Origin: the human T2T-CHM13v2.0 reference genome, Homo sapiens
Strand: one strand, 5' to 3'
NCBI RefSeq assembly: GCF_009914755.1
Contig: NC_060945.1
Length of the DNA stretch: 64,000 nucleotides
Shown: positions 19,840 to 34,400 of the stretch, piece by piece
How positions within the stretch are numbered: the first letter of the stretch is position 1
Layout: every line of letters begins with the position of its first letter
The notes under the pieces: generated by a model
Database searches by the model: none
Told to the model about the DNA's origin: nothing
The model's input: only the letters and a program-made list of their open reading frames with translations
Position numbers and translations under genes: made by a program

Positions 19840-20194
19840 CTAAGAATAAAATTAAAAACTTACAAATCTTGAAGTCACATCAGCAAAGCAAAAAATGTCC
19901 ATAAAAACAAAGAGATCTGGACATGCCATCAATACAAGGCAAAGATTGAATCATCACAGAACTTGACCCTACACATTTAATATCCTAATACAGCTCAATG
20001 CCAGCAAGCAAACCACAGTTTTCTACTTCTGGTCTATTTAAGTATTCATAAACATCACCCCATTTTCTTTCCCTTATTTTCTTTCTACTAATTCCTAAAA
20101 AAAAAATTGTTTAAAACATCAAAAAAAGTCCATTGTTTTGATTACATTTTTGTATGTACCAATGAAATTGGTTGTACAATAAAACATTCTGATG

Positions 20195-22570
<2,376 letters not shown>

Positions 22571-25177
22571 TCCTAAACAATTGAGTTCCTCACAACATAA
22601 AATTTGTGTTCTCTAATTTCAAGTTTACTTAGCATAAGGTTTTAGCAATACACATTTACTCCATGTCCCCTCCACAGTTGGAAGACTCAACAAATTTCAA
22701 GACAATCAAGGGTTAATTCATGTGTTAATGACACTAATATAACAATGACTTAGGCCTATCTTCAGTTTTGCCCATTAATGGAATCAAAATTCAAAAATGG
22801 AAAGGCAAGAAATTTGAGAAAAATTCCTGCCTTTGTAAACAGAAACCTCAACCAAGGGCAAATATCTAATGATTGAAGGATCAGCATTATTAACTCAGAT
22901 TTCTTTGACACCTAGTTTGGTTCTGCATTTTTCCCTTTGTACTATTTTGGTATGAAGGCTCTCTCTTCATGGTAAGAGAAGCTGCTGACTATACTACTAT
23001 AACATTACAATGTGCAGTCGATATCTTAGGAGAATTAGTAGACACCTGGACAACTTTTAAACTTTCCATTTTTCAATGATCACTGATAAAACATCAAGGC
23101 TAATTTAGTTATTTAGAAACAATCAATAGTATTTAACACTCTATTGGGGAAAAAAAAGGATGGCAGAAATCACCAAAAAAAAAAAAAGTTGTAAAATATG
23201 TTGAGTAGATAAGCTGGCATCTGTTCTCAGAACTTCTCATCATAGGCAAGATTTATTTTCTATTCTGTATCACGAAGTGATAACCTTTCTAACTATATGG
23301 CACTCTTTGTACTCTTGCAGCATTTTATTCTATCAGAGTAAGTGAAGACTATGAAGAATGTTCTCAGTGCATCTCAATTTTTTTTTACAATCTTAGTCTC
23401 TAGTATACCAATGAGTTATTATTTTTAAAGATTCTCAGATATTTGATCAATTGTATACTTGCTAGATCAGCTTTAATTTTCAAAATATCTATGTTTCCAG
23501 TTTTGGTGAAAAAATATTTCTCAATGTCTTTTTCTTCTGTTAACTTATATCAACCACCTCTACTAAACGATTAATACGTCTTTCTTTTTGGGGTTCTGTT
23601 ATTGAATGAACACCTGACACTCGCAGGTGATTTCTATTAGCTGTGAAAAAAATCACATCAGAGCCAATTTTTGGCAAATTTACATATAAATTAGAAGCCT
23701 ACTGAATGAAAAGGTTTTCTAAGATTAATAAGATGAAAGCAAAGTAGCAGTTTTTTCCTACCAGGCATCATCAAGTAATGAAATGTCTACTGAAGTAGAA
23801 TGTCCGTATAACTAAAGTTTTTATGTTCAGGTACTGAGACTTATTTTAAGCATTTTAAATACATAGGTCCAAAATGTTTATATAATTATGTAACTTGTTA
23901 AACATCCTTGGACATAAAAACTTTCCCCTGATGGTTTAGGATCATTATATTGAACGTAAACTATTTGATTGTGTGATAACATAATCGTGCTGATTTTTTA
24001 GCTTTTTCATTTTTGCCTCTATGTCAGACCACATGACATTTTTTGGTAGCGTCTGACTCATCAACCCTCTTTAAAATGCTGCTTCTCACATTTCATGGGT
24101 TAAGAAACCACACAACTAACTTAACTGTGTGTTAAATAGGAGCCAACTAGGATCTAAGTGCAGGTCAAATTAAAAAGTAAACAATTCAATATAGTAGCTT
24201 TTTGACAGCTATTTCTTATAAATGGAGGTCTTCTGCACAGGTTCAGTGGCCAAAGTTTTCCAAGTCTGAAACTAGCCTAAAGCAGGTCCTTAATTAGTCC
24301 CAGAATCTAAAAATGTTTATTTTCTCAGACCTAAATTTGAGATAGCTTGCTCCTTTTCTACCCGAGAAAGAAGTATTGGAGAATGTTTATCACAAACCTC
24401 TACCACCTACATCTGGTTTCCAAAAGCAATAAACTTACACCAACCACTGGCAAATCAGGTAGTAACCTCAAGCGGTGGTCCTGACAAAATTTAATGGAAG
24501 AATAATCATGTAATTCATCTCTCCTGTCTTCACCTCCACCTTCATTGCTGGAATCAGGTCAGTCTGCGACCACCTTAGGAGTACATAGTTAGGGTTCCTT
24601 CAAAAAGCAACTTTACTACAATCAATAAAGAGGCCAGGTGGTCAGGTGAATTGTACCTCAAAACCAAATAGAAACATCCTAAAGGCAGAGCCACAGGAAA
24701 ATTCTTGCAGGAATTCCATGCCTCTGTTCATCTTCTTCCTGCTAGTTAGAACATCCTTCCCACCTTGTCACCTGGTCAACCATGGCTCATCCTTCACCTC
24801 CCAGCTCAAGTATCACCTACTCAGTAGTCTCCTGACTCCTCACCAGATGCAGTAACTTTCTACTTTGTGCAACCTACCACTGCATTTTGTACACATTTCT
24901 AACATAAATCAGATAACAATGTAATTTGCTTACTTTTCTTCTCAATTTCAAACTGAATTACCTAAAAGCAGAATGTTGCTTTCGTTTTTGAAAACCCTAC
25001 AACTGAGAGTGCCTGGTCCACAAATAATGGTTTTTGAGCAAGTGGAGTTCAAAAAGATTTCATACCTAGCACTGATCTTTCACAACTCTATTCATTAGGA
25101 GATGTGAAAAATAACTTCCATTATAAAAATAAAACCACGAAGTATCACTCAGTCACTTACATAATCAAAAAGGAGGA

Positions 25178-25516
<339 letters not shown>

Positions 25517-25875
25517 TTATCCAGTATTATTTGGGATTAGCTTCTTAATTTGAAGACAGACAAGTGCACCACCAATTAAAGATAATAGACACCTAGCGGA
25601 ATCTAGGTGTCTACTTCTTGGTCTACAATAAGCTTCTTGGCAAAGCACTACTAGAAAACCCCCGCCTAATCAGTTTCTTTTTTCGGCTATAAAGCAGAAA
25701 TCTAACTAGTCCTTCAACATCACCTCCAGAAAAGTATTTCATAAAATTTACATCTGAGAGAGTTAAACCACCAGCTCCTGGCCATAAAGATACACAGGCA
25801 GGCCGTACATGACAGAATGTCATAAAATTAGTTCCAGCATGGTCATCAGTTCAGCCTCTAAACTTGAGAACTCAC

Positions 25876-26013
25876 CGACAGCACACCTCACATGGGTCCA
25901 CCCAGAGAGTGAGCTCCTTTGGCAAGCCCAGGTCACTATACAAGATGCAGCTGTTTTCACAGGCTTTCAGGACATCAGGATCAACTCTCTGAAATTTATT
26001 GACACGAATACAT
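25876..26013 (-). CDS. BTG3: BTG3 exon 3 (BTG box A/box B region)
   Basis: Acceptor ttgtag|, reads (R)CIRVNKFQRVDPDVLKACENSCILYSDLGLPKELTLWVDPCEVCC(R), donor CG|gtgagt. 138 nt, phases match the flanking exons. Confidence 0.98.
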
Positions 26014-27124
26014 CTACAACAAAGTGGAGTTACGTTAATGGATTTAAATGAATTTAATCATAAACGCCGTAATATCTATTCATACTTGCCAAGGTGAGTA
26101 ATAAAATAGTAATAAAAAAATACCCTGGTAGAGAACCTAGGAGCATATCTATCCTAAACAGATAATAAATGTGAACTACAGGCACAGAGGCAGCCTGAAA
26201 AAAAGATGGCACCTATGTGAGCCCAAGGAAATCACTAGTACTGGGTCTACCTCAGTCTACCCAGAGACTTGACCACCCATGTACATTAAATGAGCACGGA
26301 GTATGAAAGTTGCACGAAATTTTAGAACTCTGAAGGTAAAAGTTTCTATAGGCCAAGTTCCTATACAAAAAAATCTCTAACAAAAGGCCTCATCTAATGT
26401 TTCAGATGGTATTTGGAAATGCTTACGACAAATTCTGATCTGTCATTAACTTGCTTTTATATCTCAGATAGTAAAGTGGTAAGAGGACACCCTTGCTTTA
26501 CCTATAATTGTTCTATAAATACAGGATAAGTGAAGGACACAGATTCATTCATATCATATACTTATGATTAAAATACCTAACTAACATGTTATTGGCTTAT
26601 TTCATTTAACTTCTATTTACCCAAGCACTTTTATTTAAATAGTTGTCAAAATTAAGTGAGGAAAATTTCTAAACCAATAAAGCCTCTGTCCCATCTTTTT
26701 TTAACCTATTATACGACATCTACCTAATGGAATGTTTAATAAATAAAAAATATGCATTCTGTTAAATGATAAGCATTCTGATTAAGTAGGGAAATAGGGC
26801 CTATGAAGGAAAAGTATTTACTGCCTACAATCAAGAATCAATCAAGAGAACTTGGATTTCAGCACTAATCCTACTATTTATCAGGTAAGCCTAGTTAAGT
26901 CACTGTACCTCTTCCTCAGACCTGTAACTATAAAACATGGAAATACAAGTTAATTGATGAATAGTAATTACGCTGTAAAATACAATGATATAAAGACTAA
27001 TGTGCTATTTAAAGTTTTTGTAAAAGTTAAATTATTAGTTGGTTTTAATTTCTATTTAAAAAATGAAAAAGTTCTCAACAGGTAATAGGAATAAGTGTTT
27101 CTACATAATAATATTAACAATAAT

Positions 27125-27345
27125 AACCATTTTAAAAAATTTATTATGCAATGGACAATTTCCTAAATGCTTTGCATGTATTAACTCTTAATTCTCATGA
27201 TCATCCTGTGAGTTAGATACTTTTTTCCTCAGCATAAAGAAAAAAGGAGGCAGAGAGAGTTTGAGTAACTTCCCAACATTACACAGCTACTAAGTGATGG
27301 ATCTAGGGTTCAAATCCAGGCCACTAGACTCCAAAGAGCAAGTTA
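27125..27345. mobile_element. MIR element (other MIR fragments at ~5140-5320, 12170-12340, 22220-22320)
   Basis: gaggcagagagagtttgagtaacttcccaacattacacagctactaagtg...gggttcaaatccagg core. Confidence 0.7.
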
Positions 27346-28898
27346 TTTCCTTAATACTCAACCCTGTATATACGTACCTATCTTAGCGTCACCATTAACA
27401 ATATAACAAAGGCAAAGTGAGAAAAATTATTTTCTAGTATGTAAAATACTGCTTAGTCCTTTTAAAAACATGGTCTTATGCTATAGATTCTAATATTGTA
27501 TAGGGTAATTTGAAAGATCCCATGTGCTCTGGGACCAAAAGCAGTTAAGGATAAAAAGATATATCTTAGATGTATGTGTTTTTCTTATCTACAATTAAGG
27601 TGATACAGGCTCTAAGCTTACAAATTATATATAAATATAGATGCTTAAACAGAGACTATGCTTCAACAAAATCTGCATACCTTACATGTTTTGTACTATT
27701 TTTTTTCACTCTACATACTACTTATCCATTAACTACTCTTCAAAAACAAAATTTTAAAAGTTGCATAAAAATATTCTATCATTTACTTAATGTTGACAGT
27801 TTAGTTCTTTCCATTTTTGCAATTACAAAGTGTAAGAGACATCCATATTCATACATGTTCGTCTGCATTTCTAATTATACTTCTAGAATAGATTCTTGGG
27901 AGACTTACTGTTCAAAAGGTATGAATATTTTTATAGATCTTGATAATATTGCCAAATTGCTCTCTACAAGTATCTTATTTATATTGCAGAAAAACAATTT
28001 CAACTTACAAACATTTTGTAAGAGAAAGAACACTCCACCTATTCTACAGACTGAAGTCTCTACTAACTTGGTTAATCTTATATTCTATTCATTTTTATAA
28101 TAGTAACAACCCACTATTTTTTCTACTTCAAATACAGCTTTAAAATGACTCAGTAATGATACTTCTGATCACATGCCAATTTAATCGTTTCAGTTTTTTT
28201 CTCAAGTTTTTAGAATTAATGGAAATGAAATTGTACACTGTCTGACCTTTAAATATTTACTTGACAGTGCCTCCTTTTTCAGTAATAGTATGGTGGCTTG
28301 GCACTTCCAAAAAGCCTTCATCCAATGTCAGTTAAATCAGAGTAAAAAGCCTCAACAGTTCTAACTTAACGAAAGCTGTTCACTCTATTGGAAATGAAAA
28401 TATGCAAAAAAAAAATTAAGATAATCAAGAGATAAGATAAAAAATGACTTGAGCCTGTGTTAGCGTGCACATTTCTATTTTAATTCATTTTCCAATTTAC
28501 TGGAAACCTCTTTGGATTAAAAATGAAAAGGAAAATAAACTATTTTGATTCTCTTCTTGTCAATAGAACACAAGCTCACTTGACTTTCAGTACATGAGAA
28601 ATTAGCAAATAATATGTTTACCTCCTTTTTAGACTCCTTGAATAGTGCTGTACTTGCAAGAGCCCAGTGGCAGAAAGGAAGTCCTTCTGACATCAAAGCA
28701 CAAAGTGTTGATTTGTGTAGGAAACTTTGGGGACATCAATATACACAAATAAAAGAGTATTTCTGTAGTTATCACTATAGTCACTGTTCCACTTTTATTT
28801 CTCGTGGCCACATCCACAAAATGGGACAATGTTTGGCAGCTGAGTTTAGCAGAACATTCTCAACTGAGGTTCCTGAGCAGTCACATAAATACTACAGT

Positions 28899-28918
28899 GA
28901 GCATGCCAGGGCATGTTT
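28899..28918. promoter_or_regulatory. p53 response element in BTG3 intron 2
   Basis: GAGCATGCCA GGGCATGTTT: two RRRCWWGYYY decamers, no spacer, 19/20 match, both with CATG cores. BTG3 is an established p53 target through an intron-2 site. Confidence 0.88.
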
Positions 28919-29100
28919 TATAGGAGTCTGCTCTTCTTTACTTTAAGCTGTAAATGTACCTTATAAAGCAGAGTACAAAAGACAGCTCCAAGTGAGAATT
29001 ACCTTCGTTCTCAGTGCCAAAACAGTGGTAACACTGTGGTGTGCAGAAAGCCCATGAAAACATGGGGTCATGTAGACCTGAGTTCAAATCCCAGAACCTT

Positions 29101-29401
29101 GGCCAGGCATGGTGGCTCACGCCTGTAATCCTCACATTCTGGGAGGCAAAGGGAGAAGATCGCGTGAGGCCAGGAGTTTGAAACTCACCTGGGTAACACA
29201 GCAAGATCCCATCTATACAAAAAAAAATTTGTTTTTAAATTAGCCTGGTGTGTTGGCACATGTCTATAATCCTAGCTACTTTGGAGTCTGAGGCAGTAGG
29301 ATTGCTTGAGCCCAGGAGTTTGAGGCTGCAGTGAGCTATGGTTATACCACTGCACTCTAGACTGGGTGACAGAGCAAAAACAATACCACAAAAAAAAAAA
29401 A
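29101..29401 (+). mobile_element. AluJ-like element in BTG3 intron 2
   Basis: Alu consensus with J-type ggaggattgcttgagcccaggagtttgaggctgcagtgagctatg arm. Confidence 0.9.
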
Positions 29402-29987
29402 CTCCCAGAAAAGCAAATCCCAGAGCCATTATTTACTAGTCGTGGATCACAGGTGAGTCACATTCATCTAGAAAATAGTTACACTGACTTCTACCACAAA
29501 TATATAAATGAGATTATTCTTGTATTAACGACATATCAGGTGTCTGATAATCTTAGTTCCCTTTTTCCATACTTTTTTTTTTTTCAAAGAACATATAACA
29601 TGTAATTTACTTTTAGATGCAAGATTCACTTCTTTCAACTCCTACCATGCCCATTAATGTGTTATTAGGGGTCCTCTAGAATTGTGAAAATCCCTAAGTA
29701 TTTGTGATAAACAGAAATGCACTGTTAGGAGCCAGGCTATAACCACAAAAGACTAACTCCTTTGACCCCATAGCATTGGCCTCCTGTGTCCAGGCAGTGG
29801 GACTCCACCACTCCGCCAACAAATACTTGTTTTAAAATGAGTAAGGAGAAAATATACAAACACCCCAGAGTTCTATATTTTGCAGATGAAACACCTGTAG
29901 GCATGGTCTGCACACCCTTCAATCATCCGGCCTTGAACCCACCTCAGGGGTTGATCAGCCTCTGCTTAATCCAATCTAATCCTTTAC

Positions 29988-30160
29988 CTGTAGGCCTGTC
30001 CTTTCGATGGTTTTTCTGGATACCAGTGATTTTTATATTTTTCTTGAAGTATTAGGGTCAATTTCTCAGCAAACCTCTCAACTGCCTCTTTTTTCAACTT
30101 ATCATGTTTTCGAACTAGCCTTGTGAAAAAGAAGACAACGGCAGCAATTTCATTCTTCAT
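29988..30160 (-). CDS. BTG3: BTG3 exon 2, first coding exon (exon spans 29988-30168 including 8 nt of 5' UTR)
   Basis: Minus strand ttgcag|GGAAAAAA ATG AAG AAT GAA reads [57 protein letters not shown](R), including the BTG/Tob HWYPEKP motif. Donor AG|gtaaag at 29988/29987. 173 coding nt. Confidence 0.98.
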
Positions 30161-30599
30161 TTTTTTCCCTGCAAAGATAAAACATGTTTTCTCAGAAAAA
30201 CAAAATATAAAAACTGGGAAGATGAAGCTCTGTAAGATATACCTCCTTTACAGCTCTCCCCTTCCTCCTTCCAATTTTATCTTGTATTTCTTTGGCTTAT
30301 ATCTGAAGTAGAGAACAATCTACTTATCTTTATGCCATAAAGGCCTTATTATAAAATACTACTTAAAAATCTTATCACTTAGCTTCATGAAGAAATTCCA
30401 TAAAGATAGCACGTTGCTCCTGTTGGCTAAAATAAAACCACACCTATCAGTAAAAGAGAAGCACTATAATAAATGATACGACATAGATGTTACTGTGTGT
30501 GTCAATATTTAGCTGCAATAATCTAAGTTTAAAATTCTGTGAAATGATTTGAACTTTAAAACATAAAAAAAGTCTACTTTAAAATCTAGAACTGTAGAG

Positions 30600-31370
30600 C
30601 TATTTTATAACAGAAAAGTTCGGCAGTTCCTAGAAAGGTTAAACACAGAGTTATCATATGACACGGCCAATTCTACTTCTATTTGCCCAAGAGAAATGAA
30701 AACATATGTCCACACCAAAACCTTGTACAGAAATGCCCATAGCAGTATTCATAATAGCTAAAAAGTGAAAACAATATGTTTACCAACTAAAGAATGGACA
30801 AATACTGTGTTATACACACGTATGGAATATTATTCAGCAATGAAAAGGAATGAGTACTAATACAAGCTACAATATGGGTGAACCTTGAACACAGAAATGC
30901 CCACAGCAGTATTCATAATAGCTAAAAAGTAAAAACAATCTATATGTTTACCAATTAAGGAATGGACAAATACTGTGGTATATACATGTAATGGAATATT
31001 ATTCAGCAGTTAAAACGAATGAGTACTAATATAAGCTACAACATGGGTGAACCTTGAATACATCACACTAAGGGAAAGAAGCCAGTCACAAATGACCACA
31101 TATTGTACGATTCCATTGATATGAAATATCCAGAATAAGCAAATCTATATAGACAGAAGACAGATTAGTGGCCTACGGGGAAGTGGGAAACCAAGAAAAG
31201 GAGCATTGCTAATAAGTACAGGGTTACTTTTTGAGGTGATAAAAATATTTACTAAATTTCACTATAGTAATGGTTGTACAACTTTGTGAATATACTAAAA
31301 CCATTGAACTGTACATTTTAAATGGGCGAATTGCATGGTATATAAATTAAATCCCAAAACTGTTCTACAT
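30600..31370 (+). mobile_element. Old L1M 3' fragment with internal tandem duplication (BTG3 intron 1)
   Basis: aagagaaatgaaaacatatgtccacac...gaaagaagccagtcacaa...ggttgtacaactttgtgaatatactaaaaccattgaactgtac. Confidence 0.8.
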
Positions 31371-32710
31371 AAAAAATTTCAGCATTGACTTTCCGAAAGT
31401 ACTCTTTCAGGAAGAGAGATACATTTATCCACAAGTTAAGAGACACAAAAACTAGTGGATCTATCAGGACATATTTAAGAAATGGAAATTCAGGTCACCC
31501 GCAGAAAAACAAACTAAAAGAAATAATCAGAGATTTAGCTACATTTTGGATTGCCTCAAAGGACTTTAAAAATGGTATATCTGATTTATCATTGATTAAT
31601 CCTTAAGGGCAAACCCTTGTCCTAAGATTGTTTTGATGTATGTTGTCTCTACTCAGTGAGCTCATTCATCTGGCTGCTGTAACCTGGAGTTATTAAGATG
31701 CTGCCTTTAGTAAGCAACATCACCTTTTTGGGAGCCAATTACGTATTAAAAACATACAGCCTCTGCTATGTTTAGCATAAAAACAACTAACCTAGCAGTA
31801 GTTTGTGTTCCCACATTTCCAAAAAAATAAAGCTGATTGTTAGCTTTCTTTTCTCAAACTGCTCTTTCAGTCTCTCTTCAGAATATGACTCCTTTATTCC
31901 AAGTGCAAATTCAAACAAGGAACCTCACTGTGAAATAAATTCTACACAGTTATCTGAGAGGTGTGCTGGCAGCCGCAGATAGCCTGATGGAGGGGAAGGC
32001 ACACAAATCTTCCTCCCAGAACCCTAGAATGAGAAATTCACCTTCTACAGCCAGCTAGCAGGCACCGGGCATGGGTCCACACACGAGTGTACACGTATAC
32101 ATAACCCCAGCCCACCACGACTGCTGTGCAGCCTCCTCCTGAAAAATGTAAGCCATTTCCACTTTGTAAAGCTACGTTTATATTCCACCACGATACGATG
32201 GAAAAGAAAACCCAAGGCAATTTAATATACGGGTTGGGAAGAAAGTTTTGCTGATGGAACTACATTAGCCTCCACTCCAGCAAAGCAAACAAGGAACCAC
32301 ACTAAAGAAATGTACTGAATCTTTTAACTAGATCTTTCTCCTCATTCATTACATTTGCCAACTATGTGCCACATATCTGAGTTCTGGATTTGTTTCTGTT
32401 TGCTCTGCTTCATATAAAAAAATAGAAAAGAAGGAAAGAACCACTTAGTGGTTGCTTTTGGTTGTAACACAAGATGACTCATTTGGACTTTTGTTTTCCC
32501 CGTTTGAAGAAATGATAGCTCGAACAGCTGAAAAATAAGCCCACTCCCACCAGTATTCTAGGAGTACCAAAAGGTGAAAGAGGGAGAGTTACAGTCAGGG
32601 CAAGAACCACCAGAGGCAAGCAGGGCCAAGAAGACCTCAGGCGTCTTGAGTAAGTAGGCGTCCTCCACCCACACTCAGAGCAAAAGGCTCCCATTTTAAA
32701 TATCGCACGG

Positions 32711-32718
32711 TGACGTCA
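32711..32718. promoter_or_regulatory. Palindromic CRE (TGACGTCA)
   Basis: Exact full-site match at the intron-1 edge of the CpG island, with its CpG retained. A second half-site CGTCA lies at 32730-32734. Confidence 0.65.
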
Positions 32719-32759
32719 TCCTGGGACCTCGTCACCGCGGCGGCTGCTCCTCAAGTTCT

Positions 32760-34400
32760 ACTTTGTTCCACAAGGCTCCTCTGCTCACGGCTGCGTGGAT
32801 AAAACCCAAAGGGAATCCAGAATCAAGCTCGGCCTCGCAGGAGTTTATAACTTTTGTACTTTTCCCTCCCTTGTAACGAAAAGCTAATCGCAAACGTTTC
32901 TAGGAACACATTTTTCTCCTGATAGACGTTCCCAAGGTGGAGGGCGCGAGAAGACTGGCCCGTGGGGTGAGGAGCCCCGGCCCGACCTCAGCGGCGCCAC
33001 AAAGCCATGAAGAGGGGAAATAATTTTCCAAGGGGCTAAGAGTTGGACTTTCTGAAGCCATCGAAACCTGCTGCTAGGCTCTCCCGCTGGGGTTTTGAGA
33101 GAGGTAGGTGAGGAGGGATCAAACATCTCCACCCGCTCTTGAAAGAACCGCCTTGAGCTGCGCCCAACTTCTGCAATCCCGGTTTTCCCCAAGTTCAAGG
33201 GGAAGGGCCCTGGCGCCCAATGCCCAGCCTCCCCGACAACATCCTCGCCAGGGTGCGCCTGCCCCGCGGGTCCGCTGTCCCCGGCGGGCGGCCCTGGGTT
33301 CGAGGACCCGGCTTCCCGGAGGCGCGACTCTCCAGCAAACAAGCGGAGCTCCAGAAAAAACACCGACGCGAAGGGGGTGGACAGAGGGTGGGAAGCCGCG
33401 GGGTTGTCGCCCACCCGGAGGCGGAATGTAACGCGCTGTGGGAAACGTGGCAGGAGCCCTGAGGCGGCGTCTTTTTCCTCAGGCGCCCGCCGAGGGTCCC
33501 GCGGAAAGCCTCGCGGGCCGCCCTCGCGGCCCGCAGCCCCGCTCTGGCGCCGAGCCGGAGCCCATGCAACCTGGTTCCATCCCCTGCCCCTCCCCTGTCC
33601 CCGGTGCGCCGCCCGCCAGCGAGCCTTCGACGTGGCCGCAGGGGCGACGGGACCACCCTCCCCCGATACCCACAGCCCCGCCATGTCTGCCTTTCCCCGG
33701 CCCGGTCTCCTCACCGCCGCTGCCGCCGCCGCTCTTCGGCCGGAGATTCGGCGGCCCAGACCGTGTCCTGGCCGGGAACTGAGGGCTCCGCCTCAACGGG
33801 CCCGCGCTGGGCAACAGGGAGCGCAGCGAGCCTCGTCCGGCGCGTGCGGCTCCCGCGTCGTCGGGCGGCCAAGCGCGCGTTGAGAGGACTGGCGGGCGGA
33901 CGAGCGCGCACACGAGTGAGCGCAGCCCCAAAGCGGCGCGCAGGGGGCTCGCGGCCCGGAAGAGGGGAGGGGCGATGACCCGGGAAAGGGTTGGCGCGCG
34001 CGGGATCGGCTCGCGCGCCTGAGGGGCGGTGCCGGGGGCGGGGCTTCGCCGCGAGGCCACCCCCGAGCCCCGGGCCTAGCCGCACGGGAGGCGACACACC
34101 CTCGCCCTACCCTGAGCCTGGCGCAGACCCTCGACCGCGACGGCGCGGTCCGCAGAACCGCGGGCTTCCCTCCCCGGCAAAAAGCGGCGCTGAAGGCCTG
34201 TGGGACCCCCGCCCGGCCGCCCTACGTGCGTCAGCGCCTTCGGGGGTCGCGCGGGCTTGGTCCTTTCGGCTGTCTCGGCCTTTTTGTTTCCCCCTCAGGT
34301 CTCTCCACGCTGCACTTGACACCCTCAGGGCGGAATGGCGAGTTCTAGACCCAGCTCTCTAGACCCGGGGCTTCATGGGGGACACGGACTCGACGGGAAG
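32760..34400 (+). ncRNA. BTG3-AS1: Probable 5' region of antisense lncRNA BTG3-AS1 (ASBEL); boundaries not determinable from sequence
   Basis: Recalled knowledge that an antisense lncRNA overlaps BTG3 exon 1. The sequence shows plus-strand donors (GAG|gtaggt 33103, TAG|gtgagg 33107) and acceptors (tctttttcctcag| 33482, tttttgtttccccctcag| 34298). Confidence 0.5.
33715..33920 (-). other. BTG3: BTG3 non-coding exon 1 (5' UTR); 5' end approximate
   Basis: Donor GCG|gtgagg at 33715/33714 inside the CpG island, no ATG on the minus strand in this span, GC boxes immediately upstream. The TSS cannot be fixed from sequence. Confidence 0.8.

Noticed and set aside
23590-23660. Strong-looking minus-strand acceptor (gatttttttcacag) in BTG3 intron 3
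   Set aside because: No convincing matching donor nearby, so an exon cannot be supported.
27570-28100. 176-aa plus-strand ORF antisense in BTG3 intron 2
   Set aside because: AT-rich, I/L/F/K-biased, partly decayed L1-like sequence; no domain or splice support.
32884-34362. Stack of long overlapping ORFs on both strands (up to 276 aa)
   Set aside because: Arg/Pro/Gly/Ala-rich by-products of stop-codon scarcity in the CpG island; no recognisable domain.
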